Part shown: positions 23,893 through 32,755 of the stretch, piece after piece
Layout: each line of letters starts with the position of its first letter
Numbering within the stretch: the first letter of the stretch is position 1
Source: Clostridia bacterium
Lineage (GTDB): Bacteria; Bacillota; Clostridia; Oscillospirales; Acutalibacteraceae
Direction of reading: 5' to 3'
DNA: 64,000 nt
Assembly (NCBI GenBank): GCA_900770255.1
Contig: CAAGJN010000067.1
Location: 27,146-91,145 of the forward strand
The notes under the pieces: generated by a model
What the model was told of the DNA's origin: nothing
What the model saw: only the letters and a program-made list of their open reading frames with translations
Database searches by the model: none
Made by a program: the position numbers and the translations under genes

Positions 23893-24500
23893 TCCTCCGG
23901 CAGCTTTTTGAGAAACGTCTTTCTGTGCACGGGAGAGACGCCGTATTCGCGTATTTTTTCGTAGTGCAGCTTTGTGCCGTAGCCCTTGTGCTTTTTAAAG
24001 CAATATTCCGGATACTGTTCGTCGAGGGTCAGCATATAATGATCCCTGCTGACCTTTGCCATAATAGACGCAGCGGCAATGGATGCGCTGAGAGAATCGC
24101 CCTTGACGATCGCCTTTGACGGCACGGGCAGGCCGGGCAGCTTATTGCCGTCAACGAACGCGGCCTGCGGCCTTTCAGGCAGAGCCTCAAACGCGCGGCG
24201 CATAGCGAGGAAGGTCGCGTTGAGGATATTGAGCTCGTCTATCTCCTCGACGCTCGCGCTCGCCACAGCGAAGAGTGCATGCTCCTTTATTTGCAAAAAG
24301 AGCTGCTCGCGCTTTTTATCGCTGAGCTTTTTTGAATCGTCGAGTCCCTCGATGACAAAGTCACGGGGAAGTATGACGGCGGCGGCGAATACGGGGCCCG
24401 CAAGCGGGCCGCGCCCCGCCTCGTCGATGCCGCAGACACAGTCAAAGCCGTGCTCCGCGGCGGTTCTTTCGTAGTAATAACGGTCTATATCCTGAGCCAT
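23886..24500 (-). CDS. rnhB: Ribonuclease HII
   Basis: …VCGIDEAGRGPLAGPVFAAAVIL… active-site motif. Start placed at MAQDIDRYYY. Confidence 0.93.
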   Translation of the reverse strand: MAQDIDRYYYERTAAEHGFDCVCGIDEAGRGPLAGPVFAAAVILPRDFVIEGLDDSKKLSDKKREQLFLQIKEHALFAVASASVEEIDELNILNATFLAMRRAFEALPERPQAAFVDGNKLPGLPVPSKAIVKGDSLSASIAAASIMAKVSRDHYMLTLDEQYPEYCFKKHKGYGTKLHYEKIREYGVSPVHRKTFLKKLPEDW

Positions 24501-24501
24501 A

Positions 24502-25674
24502 TCAGCCCTCCAGAAATTCTTCGCTGATAACATCTCTCATAAGCGAATTGAGATAGTCAAGGCTGAATGACGGGGTGTAGGCGCGCACGCCGTGGCGCGA
24601 GGCGAGCTCTTCGGTATAATCGGCGAGATTATAAACTCTGACGTTTGAAAATCCCTGATCGTAATGAGTAACTGTGCCTGTAAACTTCGCCTTGGTCACT
24701 TCCGTCTTTCCGGTCTGATAATTTTTTGTGACGGTAATGTGCATCATGCCGCCGAGCATTCTCGGACCTCTGTCCTGAGCGGAGATAAAGTTGCCCAGAG
24801 AGTAGATGACAAGCACATTTCTGCCGTCCGCGGCGGTGATATATTCCACGGGCTGAATGACGTGCGGATGCGTGCCGATGATAATATCCGCGCCCCAGTC
24901 CGCAAGCTTCTGAGCGAGCTCATGCTGACGCTCCGTCGGGGTGTGAGTATACTCCTCGCCCCAGTGAACGCTGACTATCGTCATGTCGCTGATTTCCGAC
25001 GCCTCCTTGACTCGCTGCTCAATCCTGCTTTCATCCGAGCCGAGCATGAGAATCGTCTCCGCGCCCTCGGGCAGGCTCAGCCCGTTGGTGGGGTCGGTAA
25101 GTCCCACATAGGCAAATTTGACGCCCTTTACCGTGGTTGTCGGGACGGTCTTGTAGTCCTCCTCGTCGAGGTAGGCTCCGCAGAACACGACATCCTTGCT
25201 TTTCCAGTATTTTATAGCATTGCGAAGCCCGCTCTCGCCCTTGTCGAGCGAGTGGTTGTTCGCGATATTGAACACATCGAAGCCGATCTTCACCATCTCG
25301 TCGCCGAGCTCGGTCGGAGAGTTGAAGCAGGGATAAGTGCTCGGAGCCTTCTCGGGGTCGATGATCGTCTCCTGGTTTATCATGCTGATATCTGCCGCCG
25401 CTATCGTCTTTGCGACGTTTTTATAGGCATATGAAAAATCGTAGCCGCCGTCCGAGGATCGGGCATGCGCCTGATTATATATTACGCCGTGAATGAGATT
25501 GTCGCCGACGGCGAGAAGCTCAACGCTCACGGGGGCACGGGCGTCGGCTGTGGTCTGCTCCTGCTCCTGAGCCTGAACGTCGGGGCTGTCAACAGGCGTC
25601 ACCTTGGAGCATGAGCATAGCATCAAAATAGCCACCAGAAGAGCGGATATTTTTAAAGCGGCCGTATTTTTCAT
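24502..25674 (-). CDS. CapA/PgsA-family metallophosphatase lipoprotein
   Basis: Lipoprotein signal (…LMLCSCS). The core …LAVGDNLIHG…, …NNHSLD…, …GTHPHVIQP… is characteristic of the CapA family. Confidence 0.8.
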   Translation of the reverse strand: MKNTAALKISALLVAILMLCSCSKVTPVDSPDVQAQEQEQTTADARAPVSVELLAVGDNLIHGVIYNQAHARSSDGGYDFSYAYKNVAKTIAAADISMINQETIIDPEKAPSTYPCFNSPTELGDEMVKIGFDVFNIANNHSLDKGESGLRNAIKYWKSKDVVFCGAYLDEEDYKTVPTTTVKGVKFAYVGLTDPTNGLSLPEGAETILMLGSDESRIEQRVKEASEISDMTIVSVHWGEEYTHTPTERQHELAQKLADWGADIIIGTHPHVIQPVEYITAADGRNVLVIYSLGNFISAQDRGPRMLGGMMHITVTKNYQTGKTEVTKAKFTGTVTHYDQGFSNVRVYNLADYTEELASRHGVRAYTPSFSLDYLNSLMRDVISEEFLEG

Positions 25675-25695
25675 AAACTTTCTCTCCTTGTTATG

Positions 25696-26550
25696 TCAAT
25701 CCAGGGTTATTCTTCCGAGCTTGCCCGCGCGGTACTCGTCGAGGAGCATGACTGCCGCGCGCTCGGTATCCGGCTCGCCGCCGCTTATGAGCATTCCGCG
25801 CTTTCTTGCGAGCAGCTCAAGACGCTCGAATTCCTCCGTATCGGGCGAAAATTCGAGCTTGTAGCGCTCCTTTATCCGCTCGGGATAGTTTTCATACATT
25901 ATTGTCAGAAACCGCGCTGCGATAAGCTCGATGTCGAGTATCGTATCCTTGACGGAACCGATAAACGCGAGGCGAAGACCAACCTCGGGATCGTCGAATT
26001 TCGGCCAGAGCACACCCGGCGTATCGAGCAGCTCGATGCCGCTGCCGATATTGAACCACTGGTTCTGGCGCGTCACTCCGGGCTTATCGGCGACCTTCGC
26101 CTTATTCTTACCCGCCATACGGTTGATGAACGACGACTTGCCGGTGTTCGGTATTCCGACGACCATGAGCCGAAGCGGCTTTCCGGCCATGCCCTTTTGG
26201 GCGTTAGCCTCTATCCTTTCGCTGAGCATACGGCGCACCGCCGGGGCAAACGCATTGAGTCCCTTGCCGGAACGGCAGTCAACGGCAATCGCCGTCACAC
26301 CCTGCGACGAAAGCTCCGATATCCTGCGCCGAGTTGCGTTTTCATCGGCAAGATCGCATTTATTGAGCACGACCATAAGCGGCTTTCGGCCTATGAGCTC
26401 GGGCAGTTCGGGATTTCGGCTGCTCACGGGCACGCGCGCATCGACTATTTCAACCACCGCATCAACAAGCGGCAGGCTCTCTTTTATCTGTCTGCGGGTT
26501 TTGGCCATATGACCCGGAAACCACTGAACATAAAGCTCTCCGTTTTCCAA
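25696..26550 (-). CDS. rbgA: Ribosome biogenesis GTPase A (YlqF/RbgA)
   Basis: …QWFPGHMAK… start, circularly permuted GTPase motifs (…NKCDL…, …GIPNTGKSSFINR…). Confidence 0.93.
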   Translation of the reverse strand: MENGELYVQWFPGHMAKTRRQIKESLPLVDAVVEIVDARVPVSSRNPELPELIGRKPLMVVLNKCDLADENATRRRISELSSQGVTAIAVDCRSGKGLNAFAPAVRRMLSERIEANAQKGMAGKPLRLMVVGIPNTGKSSFINRMAGKNKAKVADKPGVTRQNQWFNIGSGIELLDTPGVLWPKFDDPEVGLRLAFIGSVKDTILDIELIAARFLTIMYENYPERIKERYKLEFSPDTEEFERLELLARKRGMLISGGEPDTERAAVMLLDEYRAGKLGRITLD

Positions 26551-26952
26551 AGCTTTTCCTCCTTAAAGAACCTTTTTGCCGACCCCGGCTCCCATTATCC
26601 GAGAGCACGGAGCGGCCGTCGGGCCGCAATTTTGCTGTTCTGACTTGAGTATACCAAAATGCCGCCGTTTTTACAAGTAGCGCCGCACGGACAAGAACTA
26701 ACACAAAAAAATTGAGCAAAAAAAGCGGGGCTCATAAAACAGTCAACAGTCACAGTGGTTTGTTCTGCTGTGGCCGTCTTGTATTTTATCCTGTTATGTG
26801 ATAATATGAAAATGAAAAGACCTACAAACCGAAATTTGTGAAGGTGAACAGTTCAACATGAAAAGATACTTTCACGGACATTCCTTCTTACATTGATTAC
26901 TTTCATCATTGCTTTGGGCATAATTGGATTACGATTTGCAAATGGAGGGGTT

Positions 26953-27471
26953 ATGAAACCAACATATATTATGAAAGAGGTATGTATCCGTCCCGAAAAC
27001 AAGAAAAAGGATGGTCTTGAATTTGTTGTCAGAGAAGGAGATATAATTCTCGATAAAGGCTTCCGATTTGAAGTGCTGCCTGCCAAATGGGATTTTACAA
27101 AACCAATCACACGAAAGAAGATTCCAAATACTCCGTTAAAGCATTCGGAAAGGCTATTACGAATAAAAGAACTGGGTGAAGATTCAGCAGTGGTTGCCAT
27201 ACTGAATCAGGAAACAAACTACGAAGGTGCGGACACACTGGTTACAATAGAGAATGAACGTCTCGTAACGGTAAAATACGGCGAAAAATTCTCCGTTTTG
27301 GCAAAAGAGCAAGTTGACGATTCACCTTCCGCAATTACCTATGAATTTATCATAGTAGATAAATCAGAACCGCAGGAGCAGAAAGTGCAGAACTTCTGCA
27401 CTGAATGCGGTAAGAAATTGATAAAGGGCGATAAGTTCTGCCGTGAATGCGGTACGCCTGTATTTCAGTAA
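26953..27471 (+). CDS. Hypothetical protein with a C-terminal zinc-ribbon (CTECGKK…CRECG), inside a low-GC island
   Basis: GGAGGGG RBS 6 nt before the ATG at 26953. The track's TTG start at 26893 would add a hydrophobic N-terminal segment. The region is roughly 40% GC against ~58% background. Confidence 0.55.
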   Translation: MKPTYIMKEVCIRPENKKKDGLEFVVREGDIILDKGFRFEVLPAKWDFTKPITRKKIPNTPLKHSERLLRIKELGEDSAVVAILNQETNYEGADTLVTIENERLVTVKYGEKFSVLAKEQVDDSPSAITYEFIIVDKSEPQEQKVQNFCTECGKKLIKGDKFCRECGTPVFQ

Positions 27472-27556
27472 AATGTACAGATAAATTCCGATTTGTCAAA
27501 AAAATATAAGGGCTCACTTTTATACGGGATAATCCCGTATGTGTGCTCTGTGAAGC

Positions 27557-27695
27557 AAAACGCCCCGGGTATTTGAATGTCCGGAGCGTTTTGCGTCACT
27601 GTGTTCCGAACAAGGGACTGTATCCCTTGCGCCGCTTTTCGGCTATCTGCTTAAGGCAAAAGGCGTGACCACGAAAGTCACGCCTTTTGCCTTAT
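27557..27695. terminator. Cluster of strong hairpins downstream of the zinc-ribbon gene and downstream of lepB (bidirectional terminators)
   Basis: aacgccccgg…ccggagcgtt + tttg (27557-27593), and a 14-bp perfect stem ggcaaaaggcgtgac-cacgaaa-gtcacgccttttgcc (27653-27695). Confidence 0.6.
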
Positions 27696-27741
27696 TAACT
27701 GTCTTATGAACACTCCGCCAAGACGGGTCTTATATTCCTTT

Positions 27742-28320
27742 TCAGCCGTTAAAGTTGTAATACACGTCCCACTGGCCAAACGGCATTATCCTGCCGACTA
27801 CCTTGCCCATTATATAGCGCTCATCAATGAAGCCGACGACGGTCATGCGGCTGTCAGTCGAGTCGTTGCGGTTGTCGCCCATAACAAAGAGGCAGCCCTC
27901 GGGAACAACCGTCGGATATTCCATGTTGCCGGAGGTGTAGGTCGGCTCGAGCGTATATTTCTCCTCAAGCGCCTTACCGTCAACATAAACAATCCCTTTT
28001 TCCGTGTCGATATCGACTGTCTGCCCACCCGTCGCGATAACGCGCTTTATCAGCGTCTTGTGCATGGCGTTGGGCTGCGAGACGATGACTATATCGCCGT
28101 AGCTGAAATGGTGCTTGGTCGAGGTTATCGCAACTGTATCGCCGTTATTGAGCGTCGGGTTCATCGAAGCGCCCGACACGACGAGTACGCGTGTGACAAA
28201 CGTGAACACTACCGCTATCACCGCTACCGCAGAGACAATGACGGACACTATATCATAGATGTTGCTAACGGCCTTGCTCGTCTTCTTTTCGCTGTTCACC
28301 TGAAGTTCATTTTCCTGCAT
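27742..28320 (-). CDS. lepB: Signal peptidase I
   Basis: …VVSGASMNPTL… (catalytic Ser box), …KRVIATGGQTVD… (Lys box), …GDNRNDSTDSR…. Confidence 0.92.
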   Translation of the reverse strand: MQENELQVNSEKKTSKAVSNIYDIVSVIVSAVAVIAVVFTFVTRVLVVSGASMNPTLNNGDTVAITSTKHHFSYGDIVIVSQPNAMHKTLIKRVIATGGQTVDIDTEKGIVYVDGKALEEKYTLEPTYTSGNMEYPTVVPEGCLFVMGDNRNDSTDSRMTVVGFIDERYIMGKVVGRIMPFGQWDVYYNFNG

Positions 28321-28345
28321 AACAAATCGCCTTCAAATAAAATTC

Positions 28346-28957
28346 TCAGTTTTTTACAATTCCGATCCGATTAAATGGGTAAAACCTGAAAACGACCTTG
28401 CCGAGCACCTTGTTTTCATTGACAAAGCCTATCTCGGACGAGCGCGAATCCTTTGAATCGTTGCGGTTATCGCCGAGCACAAACAGGCAGCCCTCCGGCA
28501 CGGTGACCGGGAACGAGACATCAAAGCTGAGATTAGTCGGAGTGTTGACATAGGTCTCGCTGAGCTCGTTGCCGTTGACGCTGACGACGCCGCTGTAGAA
28601 ATTGATATCAACTGTATCGCCGGCCGTGGCTATAACGCGCTTTATAATGGGCTCGCCGTATTTCGTAGCATCCGAAATGATCACGACGTCGCCGTATTTA
28701 TAGCCCGTAAAGCTATGTACGCAGCCTACACGGTCGCCGTTTGAAAAGGTCGGGAGCATTGAATCTCCTATGACCGAGGCGGGTCTGAACACAAGCGAGA
28801 ACAGCAGCACGAGCAGTATCACAGCCTCGGCGACCGCGCTCACAACATCGTAGATTACGGTCCACATGCCGGACGCTCTGCCGTCAGCGCCGCTGCCGTC
28901 TGCATATGCAGCATCCGAATATTTAAATTTGTACCAATACTCTTCGACCCTGCGCAT
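28346..28957 (-). CDS. lepB: Signal peptidase I, second tandem paralog with a longer N-terminal cytoplasmic segment
   Basis: …VIGDSMLPTF…, …KRVIATAGDTVD…, …GDNRNDSKDSR…. Confidence 0.9.
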   Translation of the reverse strand: MRRVEEYWYKFKYSDAAYADGSGADGRASGMWTVIYDVVSAVAEAVILLVLLFSLVFRPASVIGDSMLPTFSNGDRVGCVHSFTGYKYGDVVIISDATKYGEPIIKRVIATAGDTVDINFYSGVVSVNGNELSETYVNTPTNLSFDVSFPVTVPEGCLFVLGDNRNDSKDSRSSEIGFVNENKVLGKVVFRFYPFNRIGIVKN

Positions 28958-29023
28958 TTAGCTGACCCCACCAATGTGAAAAAAGGTGTAACAAATAAAT
29001 TGTTACACCCCTCGTTCGCTGAA

Positions 29024-29374
29024 TTATTTGACTTGGCTCTTAACTCTTGCCGCCTTACCGACTCTGTCTCTGAGGTAATAGAGCTTGCTTCTGCGAACCT
29101 TACCGCTGCGGATGAGCTCGACCTTAGCGACATTGGGTGAATGGATCGGGAAAACTCTCTCAACACCGACACCGTAGGAAATTCTGCGAACGGTGAAGGT
29201 CTCGGAAACGCCCGAACCCTTGCGTGCAATGACCGTACCTTCGAAAGCCTGAATTCTTTCTCTCTCGCCCTCGCGGATCTTAACGGAAACCTTTACGGTG
29301 TCGCCGATATTGATCTGGGGGATGTCGTCGCCTGTTTTAAGCGAATCCTGTGCAATAACTTTGAGTGCGTCCAT
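29024..29374 (-). CDS. rplS: 50S ribosomal protein L19
   Basis: 116 aa with …[30 protein letters not shown]… and rplS-lepB synteny. Confidence 0.96.
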   Translation of the reverse strand: MDALKVIAQDSLKTGDDIPQINIGDTVKVSVKIREGERERIQAFEGTVIARKGSGVSETFTVRRISYGVGVERVFPIHSPNVAKVELIRSGKVRRSKLYYLRDRVGKAARVKSQVK

Positions 29375-29661
29375 TATAATATTCCTCCGTTTATTTTCAG
29401 ACGTTCATAACAAATTAAATGAAAGAGGAGCGCCCGCTTTAATGTTTGCGGCCCGGCCGCTTCGGCATTAAACCACGTCATCGAAGCTGTGACGGATAAC
29501 AAATGCTTAGATATTTTACCACAGTATAACAGTTATTGCAAGAGTTTTTTTATTTTATTTTATGCGACACACCTAACGGTTAAAACACGGTTAAAACAAC
29601 ATAAAATATATTTTCAATTTGATATATTAGTTGTGCAATACGCGATTGTTTTATAAAACTA

Positions 29662-29690
29662 TTGACAAACGGTATGCGAAGATGTAGAAT
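29662..29690 (+). promoter_or_regulatory. Consensus sigma-A promoter driving the metK leader (TTGACA-17-TAGAAT)
   Basis: ttgaca at 29662-29667 and tagaat at 29685-29690. Confidence 0.6.
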
Positions 29691-29710
29691 AACTGTCGAA
29701 ATTTAATATT

Positions 29711-29870
29711 TCCTTATTAAGAGCGGCTGAGGGAACAGGCCCCATGAAGCCCGGCAACCTGGTATTATACCAAGGTGCTAAATCCTGCGGTGCAGACCGG
29801 AAGATAAGGCCGGCGGCGGAGAGATCCGTTTCGCCCATGAGTGCTTAGCGGTTGCGCCGAGCGCTTTTTT
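29711..29870 (+). promoter_or_regulatory. SAM-I (S-box) riboswitch with a terminator-type expression platform upstream of metK
   Basis: tccttattaagagcggctgagggaacaggccccatgaagcccggcaacc…ggtgctaaatcctgcgg…ggaagataagg matches the S-box P1-P4 consensus (kink-turn GA, CCCGGCAACC, GGUGCUAAAUCC). A hairpin and tttttttatt run (29845-29870) precede the metK RBS. Confidence 0.85.
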
Positions 29871-29892
29871 TATTGCCAGAAGGAGGACAAAA

Positions 29893-31041
29893 ATGGCTAA
29901 CTACTTTTTCACATCCGAATCCGTAACGGGAGGACATCCCGACAAAATCTGCGACCAGATCTCAGACGCCGTTCTCGACGCGATACTCGCCGAGGATAAG
30001 AACGGCAGGGTCGCCTGCGAGTGCTGCTGCACAACAGGTATGGTTATGATCATGGGCGAAATAACGACTACGAGCAAGGTCGATATCCCCGCCATAGCCC
30101 GCCAGGTCATCTGCGATATCGGCTACGACAGCCCCGAAAAGGGCTTCGACGGCCACACCTGCGCCATACTCACAACTATCGACAAGCAGTCGCCCGACAT
30201 CGCGCTCGGCGTTGACAGACAGGGCGCGGGAGATCAGGGTATGATGTTCGGCTTCGCGTGCCGCGAGACGCCCGAGCTTATGCCTCTGCCGATATCGCTC
30301 GCACATAAGCTTGCAGCGCAGCTTACAAAAGTACGCGCCGACGGCACTCTTCCCTACCTCAGACCCGACGGAAAAACTCAGGTCACCGTCGAATACACCG
30401 AGGACGGCAAGCCCGTCAGGATCGACGCCGTCGTCATATCCTCGCAGCACTCGGCTTCGATCGAGATCGAGACGCTCCGCCGCGACATAGAGAAGCATGT
30501 CATCCGCGAGATCATTCCCGCAGATATGATGGACGAGAACACGAAGATATTCATCAACCCGACCGGGCGATTTGTGACCGGCGGTCCGCAGGGTGACAGC
30601 GGCCTTACAGGCAGAAAGATCATCGTTGACACCTACGGCGGATATTCGCGCCACGGCGGCGGCGCCTTCTCAGGCAAAGATCCGACAAAGGTCGACCGCT
30701 CGGCGGCATATGCCGCGAGATATATGGCGAAGAACATCGTTGCCGCAGGCCTTGCCGACAAGTGCGAGGTTCAGATAGCCTACGCGATCGGTATTGAGGA
30801 GCCCGTCTCGGTTTTCGTTGACAGCTTCGGCACCGGCATAATCCCCGACTCGGAGATCGCCGCGGCCGCAAACAAGGTCTTTGACCTGCGCCCCGCTTCG
30901 ATAATCAGGGATCTCGATCTTCGCCGCCCGATCTACCGCCAGATAGCGGCCCTCGGCCATGTCGGCAGAACAGACATCGATCTGACCTGGGAGCACACCG
31001 ACAGGGTCGGCGCGCTCAAGGAGGCCGCGGGCATAAAGTAA
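29893..31041 (+). CDS. metK: S-adenosylmethionine synthetase
   Basis: [30 protein letters not shown]… and [16 protein letters not shown]. Confidence 0.97.
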   Translation: MANYFFTSESVTGGHPDKICDQISDAVLDAILAEDKNGRVACECCCTTGMVMIMGEITTTSKVDIPAIARQVICDIGYDSPEKGFDGHTCAILTTIDKQSPDIALGVDRQGAGDQGMMFGFACRETPELMPLPISLAHKLAAQLTKVRADGTLPYLRPDGKTQVTVEYTEDGKPVRIDAVVISSQHSASIEIETLRRDIEKHVIREIIPADMMDENTKIFINPTGRFVTGGPQGDSGLTGRKIIVDTYGGYSRHGGGAFSGKDPTKVDRSAAYAARYMAKNIVAAGLADKCEVQIAYAIGIEEPVSVFVDSFGTGIIPDSEIAAAANKVFDLRPASIIRDLDLRRPIYRQIAALGHVGRTDIDLTWEHTDRVGALKEAAGIK

Positions 31042-31075
31042 GCTTCGCACCTATTACATATAAATGTATATGGCA

Positions 31076-31112
31076 TCCCGCCGCAGATTAAATTTCTCTG
31101 CGGCGGGATATT
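31076..31112. terminator. Bidirectional terminator between metK and the convergent ykgJ-like gene
   Basis: tcccgccgcag-attaaatttct-ctgcggcggga flanked by A/T runs. Confidence 0.65.
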
Positions 31113-31117
31113 TCTTT

Positions 31118-31624
31118 TCACAGTCTCCCTGCGAGCTCGGCTATCTCCTCTATTTCGCGGCTGAGAGAAAGCAGATATTCTCTGCATTCTTCGTCACGAA
31201 GCAGATATTTCCCCGCGCGACGCACAGCCGTATAAAAGCGTCTGTCGATCTTTTCAGGACCGCCGAGCAGCGGACACATGCCCGCTCTCGGATCCGGCAC
31301 AGGAATGATTTTTATTTCATTTTCGGTCACAACCGCCAGCGGAAACAGGGGAAATATGCGGCACGCGAGCGGCCTGCTACTTCTGCCGCACTCTCCCTCA
31401 CAGACGAGCACCGGCTCGCCGAAATTATCGTCCGAGGCTTTTATTTTGAAGTCTTTATCATTTTTCAGCATCTCCGCTTCGCCCGGGAAGAGCCCCATTC
31501 CGTCGTTGTCGCTCCCCTTGCAACAGCAGGCTCCACAGAGCTTTCCGCAGTTTTTTGCTCCCGTCGGGGTAACACTTTCAAGCTCGTCGAGCGCCTTTTG
31601 AAGTCCGCTTTTAAAATTGCTCAT
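31118..31624 (-). CDS. YkgJ-family cysteine-cluster (putative Zn/Fe-chelating) protein
   Basis: CGKLCGACCC (CxxxCxxCC) is the signature of PF03692/UPF0153. Start set at MSNFKSG, which gives an ATGA overlap with the cobB stop. Confidence 0.65.
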   Translation of the reverse strand: MSNFKSGLQKALDELESVTPTGAKNCGKLCGACCCKGSDNDGMGLFPGEAEMLKNDKDFKIKASDDNFGEPVLVCEGECGRSSRPLACRIFPLFPLAVVTENEIKIIPVPDPRAGMCPLLGGPEKIDRRFYTAVRRAGKYLLRDEECREYLLSLSREIEEIAELAGRL

Positions 31625-32340
31625 ACTTTCACTTCTCCGAGAACCTCGCCGACCCTGCCGCAAATGAGCAGGTCCGCTCTCGCGTCGGCCGAAGTCGGGC
31701 TCATGTTGATAACAACAAGATTATTGCCGCTGAAATAATTGACGAGCCCCGCCGCCGGGTAAACGGTCATGCTCGTACCCGCGATTATCAGCGTATCCGC
31801 CCTCGCTATTGCGCTGACGGCACCCCGTACCGTTTCATCGTCGAGTGCCTCCTCATAGAGCACGACGTCGGGCTTGACAACGCCGCCGCAGGCGCACTGC
31901 GGCACGCCGTCGCTTTTCATTATATCCTCAAGGCTGTAGCTTTTGCCGCAGCGCGTGCAGTAGTTGCGCAGCATACTGCCGTGCAGTTCGAACACGCTTT
32001 TGCTGCCCGCCGCCTGGTGAAGTCCGTCGATATTCTGCGTGACTACCGCCGAAAGTATGCCCTTTTTCTCGAGCTCGGCGAGCTTCAGATGCGCCGCATT
32101 CGGCTTGGCTATGTCCGAATAGGCGAGAATCTTTTCGCGGTAAAACCTATAAAACTCCTCTGTCCTGCGCTCAAAAAAGGTGTGGCTGAGTATCTGCTCG
32201 GGCGGGTAGTCGTATTTTTGATTATACAGTCCGTCCACGCTGCGGAAATCCGGTATCCCGCTCTCCGTCGATACGCCCGCCCCGCCGAAAAAAACGAGCG
32301 AATGTGACTGCGATATTATTCTCGAAAGCTCTTTTTGCAT
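31621..32340 (-). CDS. cobB: NAD-dependent protein deacylase (Sir2 family)
   Basis: GAGVSTESGIPDFRS, …QNIDGLH…, Zn-binding CTRCGK…CACGG. Start at MQKELSRI. Confidence 0.9.
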   Translation of the reverse strand: MQKELSRIISQSHSLVFFGGAGVSTESGIPDFRSVDGLYNQKYDYPPEQILSHTFFERRTEEFYRFYREKILAYSDIAKPNAAHLKLAELEKKGILSAVVTQNIDGLHQAAGSKSVFELHGSMLRNYCTRCGKSYSLEDIMKSDGVPQCACGGVVKPDVVLYEEALDDETVRGAVSAIARADTLIIAGTSMTVYPAAGLVNYFSGNNLVVINMSPTSADARADLLICGRVGEVLGEVKV

Positions 32341-32547
32341 GCTTGTTCCTCCTTGTATGCTGCAAATCAATTATACCATTTCCTGCAAAAAAACCAATTA
32401 TTTTTTACTGATGCGCTGAAAATTTTCGCGGCTTTTTTATAAAAAATCTACAAAGATCGACTCATCGGCATTTTTTTGCGAATTTTCTATTTACAAATGC
32501 GGGCGATACTGCTATTATTAGAACAACAACCGAGTGAGGTCATTATC

Positions 32548-32670
32548 ATGAAGCTTTCAGCAAACCTGACAGCTAAATACTTTCCCTACTTTAGCTTTAC
32601 CTACTTTTACGGTAAGGCTTATTTGCGTTTGACCGCTGACAGGGATGTGGCCGCACACTGCTGTGCATAA
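32548..32670 (+). CDS. Candidate Tyr/Phe-rich leader peptide (MKLSANLTAKYFPYFSFTYFYGKAYLRLTADRDVAAHCCA) of the aro operon
   Basis: GAGGT RBS 8 nt upstream of the ATG. Codons 10-25 contain 5 Tyr and 4 Phe. It sits between the divergent promoter region and an intrinsic terminator that precedes aroF. Confidence 0.5.
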   Translation: MKLSANLTAKYFPYFSFTYFYGKAYLRLTADRDVAAHCCA

Positions 32671-32692
32671 CGGATTTTAAATCAGGCAATCT

Positions 32693-32727
32693 CCCCCGCA
32701 GTTAAACGCTGCGGGGGTTTTTTATTT
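32693..32727 (+). terminator. Intrinsic terminator (putative attenuator) 20 nt after the leader ORF and ~30 nt before aroF
   Basis: cccccgcag-ttaaacg-ctgcggggg followed by ttttttattt. Confidence 0.8.
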
Positions 32728-32755
32728 AAAAAATTTTTCACCGGAGGGAAACACA

